Below are positions 58,951-64,000 of a stretch of 64,000 nt of DNA, in pieces; within the stretch, counting starts at the first letter, position 1, and every line of letters begins with the position of its first letter. The notes under the pieces were generated by a model, which was not told the DNA's origin, made no database searches, and saw only the letters and a program-made list of their open reading frames with translations. Made by a program: the position numbers and the translations under genes. This stretch comes from an uncultured virus (IMG/VR IMGVR_UViG_3300035520_000941) (Duplodnaviria > Heunggongvirae > Uroviricota > Caudoviricetes): the IMG/VR virus record IMGVR_UViG_3300035520_000941; one strand, written 5' to 3'.

Positions 58951-59277
58951 TTGAAGTTAAACAAGGAAAGGTGTATAGAGGCATTAGAGTTTTATCATAC
59001 TAAAATATCTGGCTATGAAAAAAGCATAACCTCATATACTATCCTAAAAAATTTGATTGATGAGTATTTTAATGATAAGTCTTTGAAATTTGAGGATTTA
59101 GAATTTGAAATGCCTATCTGGGATAGTAAGGATAAGGAATGGTGTATACTCAAAAATGCCACATCTTCATTATTTTTTGGTAAACAATATATTTCATTAA
59201 TTTGTTTTTCAAACACAAATGATATTGTTGACTTGGAATGGGAAGATGATAGATTTTATAGAAAGAAAAAGGAATAA
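58951..59277 (+). CDS. Hypothetical protein, paralog of 55043/55417
   Basis: GGAGG RBS + TTG; LKFEDL...PIWD...RFYRK. Confidence 0.7.
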   Translation: MKLNKERCIEALEFYHTKISGYEKSITSYTILKNLIDEYFNDKSLKFEDLEFEMPIWDSKDKEWCILKNATSSLFFGKQYISLICFSNTNDIVDLEWEDDRFYRKKKE

Positions 59278-59279
59278 AA

Positions 59280-59462
59280 ATGAATTTGACAAAAAAAGAA
59301 ATTGATATTCTCATTGAATTAGCAAGAGAGAAAAAAGATTATTGCGAAAAGAAAATGATATGGTATGAAAAAAATCATGAAATTGAAGAAGAAGAAAAAT
59401 ATAAATGGTTAACAAAAGAATACCTTATCATTATTCAAAAACTAAAAAATATGAAAGGGTGA
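59280..59462 (+). CDS. Hypothetical protein
   Basis: Short ORF in operon. Confidence 0.55.
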   Translation: MNLTKKEIDILIELAREKKDYCEKKMIWYEKNHEIEEEEKYKWLTKEYLIIIQKLKNMKG

Positions 59463-59468
59463 TTGTAA

Positions 59469-60107
59469 TTGTTAGCGATTAATGGATTTAATCAAGATAA
59501 AATGAATATATATAATATTGATGTTGCTGATACTTGCATTATTGACTACATTATTTATATTTATTCATGTGATATTGTGCCAAGTATTATTATTAATGAT
59601 ACAAAGTACATATCATTTAATAAAGAGAAAATTAATAAGAACCTAAACGCTTTAAATCTAAAAGAGCGTGGATTAGAGCAAAGAATTAACAATTTAATTG
59701 CAAGTGGGTTCTTTGAAAGGAATGTTAAATTTGTAGATAAAAAGAAACGTAGTTTCATAAAACCAACTAATTTATGCTTGTTTATTAAAGACTTTAGTTA
59801 TAACATTTATGAAGAATTTGTGAAACATGAATGTGCAGACTATAATAAAGAAGATGTTGAAAAAAGAACTATCAAAGTCAAACATCTTTATAAGGAGTGT
59901 AAACATGTTAAGTTCACTGATGAGGAATTAAGTAAACTTAAACAAGAATTTCCTTTTGATTATGAAACACAAATAATGAATTGCGAAAATTATTGTGAGT
60001 CAAAAGGTAAGAATTATTCCAATTATTTACAAACAATAAGGAATTGGAACAAAGGAAAGAAAAATATGAAAAATACAAATATTGATGTTGGAGGGCTTGA
60101 ATTTTAG
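59469..60107 (+). CDS. Putative replication initiator / replisome organiser
   Basis: INGFNQ N-terminus, wHTH-like segment, HVKFTDEE..KL...Y.ESKGK.Y.NY..TIRNW; upstream of helicase. Confidence 0.7.
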   Translation: MLAINGFNQDKMNIYNIDVADTCIIDYIIYIYSCDIVPSIIINDTKYISFNKEKINKNLNALNLKERGLEQRINNLIASGFFERNVKFVDKKKRSFIKPTNLCLFIKDFSYNIYEEFVKHECADYNKEDVEKRTIKVKHLYKECKHVKFTDEELSKLKQEFPFDYETQIMNCENYCESKGKNYSNYLQTIRNWNKGKKNMKNTNIDVGGLEF

Positions 60108-60110
60108 AAA

Positions 60111-60371
60111 ATGGAAGTGAACAAAATAAAATTAAGTCACGACCAATTAACAAGTATTTTTCAAGAATTACGCTTGTATTATCCTAATAACCCATACAAA
60201 GATTATAATGCGAATGAACTTAAAGTGATTTTAAAAATGTATTATGAGTCTTTGAAATATTATGATGAAAGTATAATACGAAAACGAATGACAAAGTATG
60301 TCGAAAAAGAAAAATTTTTTCCTCAAATTTGTGACTTAATCCCCCAAGAGAGCGATTTTAGAGGATATTAG
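60111..60371 (+). CDS. Helicase loader/inhibitor (SPP1 G39P-like)
   Basis: YYP...L..Y...KFFPQICDL; between initiator and helicase. Confidence 0.6.
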   Translation: MEVNKIKLSHDQLTSIFQELRLYYPNNPYKDYNANELKVILKMYYESLKYYDESIIRKRMTKYVEKEKFFPQICDLIPQESDFRGY

Positions 60372-60373
60372 AT

Positions 60374-61585
60374 ATGAACGAAACTGAATATGAATATGAA
60401 ATAATTTGTATGTTGATATGCAACCCCCAATGTATCAACGAATGTGAATTAGAGAGTAAACACTTTTCAAATGATTTTTATAAAAAGATTTACCCTTTAA
60501 TTGAAAAACAATACAAAGAAAAAGGGATTATAGATTTCTATGAAATAGAAAATAAATTTAGTGGCTTTTATTCTTTTGCGTTAGAATGTATAGAACATTA
60601 TGTTACATCTGCAAATTTACATTATTATATCGAAAAAGTTGAAAACAACTATAAATTAAGGAAATATAATGAAATAATTGATAAATGCAACAATGGTTAT
60701 ATAGATTTTGAAGAAATGCAAAATGAATTAGATAGCGTTAAAAATGAGTTTATTAAAACTGGTGATAAGAATAAATTGAGTGAAGAAGAAATTTATAGAG
60801 TTATCACAAAAGAGAATGAAATGCTTGAATTTGATAATTTTAAGCAATTAGAAAACAATATATCATTTATTAAAAATGGTATTCATGTTATTTCTGCACG
60901 TACAAGTGTAGGTAAAAGTGCTTTGGCAATCAATCTAATGAATGATTTGTCAAAAAAGTACAAGTGTATATATCTCAATATGGAAATGAATGAACAAAAG
61001 ATATATCAAAGAATGATTGCTTGTGAGTCGAATATTCCAATTAGCAATTTTACTAATTTAAGTGAAACGCAATCAAATACTATCAAAAGAACTATTAAAA
61101 ATATTCATAATAGAAATTGGAAAATCATGAACGGCTCAAAAAGTGTAAGAGGTATCAAGTCGATTATTGCTAGAGAGAGCAGAGATGAGCATTTGATATT
61201 ATTTGTCGATTACATTGGGTATGTGACAACTGGCAAAAAACAAAACGATAGAGAGCGTATTGGTGAGGCTGTAAGAGAGATACAATTAATGACAAAAGAT
61301 TATGATGTAACTGTATTTCTATTGGCTCAAATTAATAGAGATGGAAATGATGAGCCTACTTTAGTTAATTTGAAAGATAGTGGAGAAATTGAACAGAGTG
61401 CCGAAACTGTATTGATTTTACACAATACATGCAAAGACTTAAACGAAGAACAGCCAATTTATAGTATACTTGTACCCAAAAATAGAAATGGAAAACAAGG
61501 AAAATTAGAAATAAAATTCAATAAGCCTTGTCAAAAATTTGAAGAAATAGTAGAGGGTTATGGTTATGGAAACAGAGTTTATTAA
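60374..61585 (+). CDS. dnaB: DnaB-like replicative helicase
   Basis: SARTSVGKS, LNMEM, FVDYI, LAQINR, LKDSGEIEQSA, KNRNG. Confidence 0.95.
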   Translation: MNETEYEYEIICMLICNPQCINECELESKHFSNDFYKKIYPLIEKQYKEKGIIDFYEIENKFSGFYSFALECIEHYVTSANLHYYIEKVENNYKLRKYNEIIDKCNNGYIDFEEMQNELDSVKNEFIKTGDKNKLSEEEIYRVITKENEMLEFDNFKQLENNISFIKNGIHVISARTSVGKSALAINLMNDLSKKYKCIYLNMEMNEQKIYQRMIACESNIPISNFTNLSETQSNTIKRTIKNIHNRNWKIMNGSKSVRGIKSIIARESRDEHLILFVDYIGYVTTGKKQNDRERIGEAVREIQLMTKDYDVTVFLLAQINRDGNDEPTLVNLKDSGEIEQSAETVLILHNTCKDLNEEQPIYSILVPKNRNGKQGKLEIKFNKPCQKFEEIVEGYGYGNRVY

Positions 61586-61961
61586 AGAAAATGATAATTA
61601 TATTTTGATTATCCATATCAACGATAATCAAGATGATAATGTTTATGTTAAGTGTGAAAAAGCAAGTATTGAACAAATGTACAAAAATAAAAGTATTGAT
61701 TATGAAAGCCAAAAAAATATTGATTTTATAATGAAAAAAACAAAGTCATTATATTATGAACTTAAAAGCAATTTGGATTTATTAAATAATTTACCAATAT
61801 TACTTGATAAAAATAAAATAAATGATGATGAATATGTCTTTAATCTTATTATTTACATGGTAAAATATTGCACACATGAGGCTTTTGAAATGTATTATAG
61901 TGTTTATAAATCATTAGAAAATATTTGCTATACGCAACACATAAACAAAAAATTCAATTAA
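61560..61961 (+). CDS. Hypothetical protein
   Basis: ORF overlapping dnaB end. Confidence 0.55.
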   Translation: MVMETEFIKENDNYILIIHINDNQDDNVYVKCEKASIEQMYKNKSIDYESQKNIDFIMKKTKSLYYELKSNLDLLNNLPILLDKNKINDDEYVFNLIIYMVKYCTHEAFEMYYSVYKSLENICYTQHINKKFN

Positions 61962-61976
61962 TAAAGGGAGATATTA

Positions 61977-62285
61977 ATGGAAACAGAAAAAACAAAGATT
62001 ATAGAAATAATAAAAGACAAATACAGATGTCAATATTATTATTTAGCAACAACTAAAGACTTCAAATTAGAAGAATTTAAGTTGATTAAAAATGCAAAAA
62101 CGAAAGAAGAAAGATATGGTTGGGTATTTATTGGTTGGTTTTATGGCATTGAAAATGTATTGAAATGGATTATTAAAAATGGGTGCTTAGAAAACGAAGA
62201 TATAAGCACATTAGAGAAATATGTTGAAATGCAACAAAAAATGTTGAACGAATGTTTAAAGTCAAAGAATAATGAGGGCATTTAA
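61977..62285 (+). CDS. Hypothetical protein
   Basis: RBS + ORF. Confidence 0.65.
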   Translation: METEKTKIIEIIKDKYRCQYYYLATTKDFKLEEFKLIKNAKTKEERYGWVFIGWFYGIENVLKWIIKNGCLENEDISTLEKYVEMQQKMLNECLKSKNNEGI

Positions 62286-62288
62286 AAA

Positions 62289-62654
62289 ATGGATGAAACA
62301 TATAAAAAAATTTATTCATTTGATTTTGACGGAACAATTGTAGAAAATAAATATCCACAAATTGGCAAACCAATTAAAGAAGTAGTCGATTTAATAAAAT
62401 GCGTTAAAAGAAATGGTGATTATATAATTTTGAATACAATGCGTGAAGATGAAAAATTAACAGAGGCTGTTGAATTTTGTAAAACATTAGGGATTGAATT
62501 TGATGCAATTAATGATAATCTTGAACATATGAAAAAATTTTATAGGAATAACCCTAGAAAGATTTTTGCAAATTATTATATAGACGACCATAACGCATTT
62601 TTACCAAGCATAAATAATTATTTTGATTTATTTGGTGATGATGTATCATTATAA
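62289..62654 (+). CDS. HAD-superfamily hydrolase
   Basis: FDFDGTIV, ILNTMR, RKIFANYYIDD. Confidence 0.85.
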   Translation: MDETYKKIYSFDFDGTIVENKYPQIGKPIKEVVDLIKCVKRNGDYIILNTMREDEKLTEAVEFCKTLGIEFDAINDNLEHMKKFYRNNPRKIFANYYIDDHNAFLPSINNYFDLFGDDVSL

Positions 62655-62706
62655 TGGTAAATTAAAAGTAAACAATGTAATTAAAAATAACTATAGGAGT
62701 GTAAAC

Positions 62707-63651
62707 ATGGAAGAAAATATTAAGGTATTAGATAGTAAAATAACAGACAAATATGCAATTTATAATGGTGATAGTTGCGAAATACTAAAAGCGTTTGAAA
62801 ATAATTCAATTGATTATGCAATATTTAGTCCACCATTTGCAAGTTTATATACATATAGCGATAGTGCAAGAGATTTAGGAAATTGTAAAAATGATGAAGA
62901 ATTTTATAAACAATTTGAATATATCGTTGAACAATTATACAGAGTTATTAAAGATGGCAGATTAATAAGTTTTCATTGTATGGATTTACCAACAGTAAAA
63001 TCAAGAGATGGATTTATTGGTATAAAAGATTTTAGTGGTAAATTGATTGAATTGTTTGAAAAAAAAGGATTTATTTATCATTCAAGAGTTACAATTTGGA
63101 AAGACCCAGTTGTGGCAATGCAAAGAACAAAAGCATTAGGATTGTTACACAAACAAATCAAAAAAGATAGTTCTATGTGCAGACAAGGGATAGCAGATTA
63201 TGTAATCACAATGAGAAAACGAGGCGAAAACAAAGAAAGAATAACTCATACTAATGAAACATTCCCAGTTGATTTATGGCAACAATATGCTAGTCCCGTT
63301 TGGATGGATATAAAACAATCAAACACTTTACAATCAAAAAGTGCTAGAGATGAAAAAGACGAAAAACATATCTGCCCTTTGCAATTAGATGTAATTGAAA
63401 GATGTGTGAAATTATGGAGTAATGAGGGTGATGTTGTTTTGACACCTTTTATGGGTATTGGTAGTGAAGTTTATCAATCAATTTTAATGAATAGATATGG
63501 TGTAGGAATTGAATTAAAAAGAAGTTATTATAATCAAGCAGTCAAAAATTGTGAAAATGCCGTTAATAAACCTAAACAAATATCATTATTTGATGAATTA
63601 AATGAAGAAGAAAAAGATGAGGTAATAGCATGGAATATAGCAAGTTTATAG
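62707..63651 (+). CDS. DNA methyltransferase, N4-C/N6-A beta class
   Basis: FSPPF motif IV precedes HICPLQ and TPFMGIGS motif I. Confidence 0.9.
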   Translation: MEENIKVLDSKITDKYAIYNGDSCEILKAFENNSIDYAIFSPPFASLYTYSDSARDLGNCKNDEEFYKQFEYIVEQLYRVIKDGRLISFHCMDLPTVKSRDGFIGIKDFSGKLIELFEKKGFIYHSRVTIWKDPVVAMQRTKALGLLHKQIKKDSSMCRQGIADYVITMRKRGENKERITHTNETFPVDLWQQYASPVWMDIKQSNTLQSKSARDEKDEKHICPLQLDVIERCVKLWSNEGDVVLTPFMGIGSEVYQSILMNRYGVGIELKRSYYNQAVKNCENAVNKPKQISLFDELNEEEKDEVIAWNIASL

Positions 63652-64000
63652 AAAATAAAACAAAATATACAATCAATACTGGATTTGATGTGAAAGATGA
63701 AGAATTAAATGAAAATTTATTTGACTTTCAAAGAGCGATTGTAAAATGGGGATTAAAAAAAGGTAAATGTGCATTTTTTGAGGATACTGGATTAGGTAAA
63801 ACAATTCAATTATTATCTTTTTCACAAGCCGTATATGAACATGAGAAAAAAATGACGGGGGGGCAAGATAATTATATTATCACCCCTTGCTGTTGCTGAA
63901 CAAACAAAAAATGAGGGTTTAAAATTTGGAATTGATGTTAATATTTGTGAAAACAAAGATGATGTTAAAGAGGGCATAAACATAACTAATTATGAAAAAA
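63630..64000 (+). CDS. SNF2-like helicase, frameshifted at a G7 tract, runs off window
   Basis: LFDFQ, DTGLGKT; continues in +1 frame GKIIILSPLAVAEQT...INITNYEK. Confidence 0.8.

Noticed and set aside
1..64000. Stop-codon reassignment
   Set aside because: Long genes are intact in the standard code; breaks are explained by the intron and frameshifts; no suppressor tRNA seen

Overview
About 64 kb of a very AT-rich tailed (siphovirus-like) phage of a Bacillota/Firmicutes host; probably most of a circularly permuted genome, since both ends fall inside the same kind of helicase/methylase/PAPS-reductase-like cluster. Plus-strand early/replication genes occupy 1-9.1 kb and 49-64 kb (dUTPase, MBL hydrolase, Prp protease, Ro60/TROVE, beta clamp, putative initiator, DnaB, DNA methylase). 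A minus-strand late block occupies 9.2-39.8 kb (TerL with mini-intein, portal, capsid, tail, tape measure split by a group I intron encoding a GIY-YIG endonuclease, holin, endolysin, and an unexplained Q/N/C-rich module). No integrase is visible. The mostly non-coding 39.9-50.3 kb region is the most unusual part: tRNA-Ser, about ten promoter-RNA-terminator units without ORFs, a ~500-nt antisense-gated RNA running into an AT-rich tract just upstream of RNase H, a dif site, host-repressor-like boxes and several repeat arrays. Together with a parS site and an antisense-controlled attenuator in front of the replication operon, this suggests (inference) a phage-plasmid kept by RNA-based copy control plus borrowed host XerCD and ParB. 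Two covarying Y-RNA-like elements lie upstream of Ro60. All calls were made by eye with no database searches; RNA ends are approximate (+/- a few nt).
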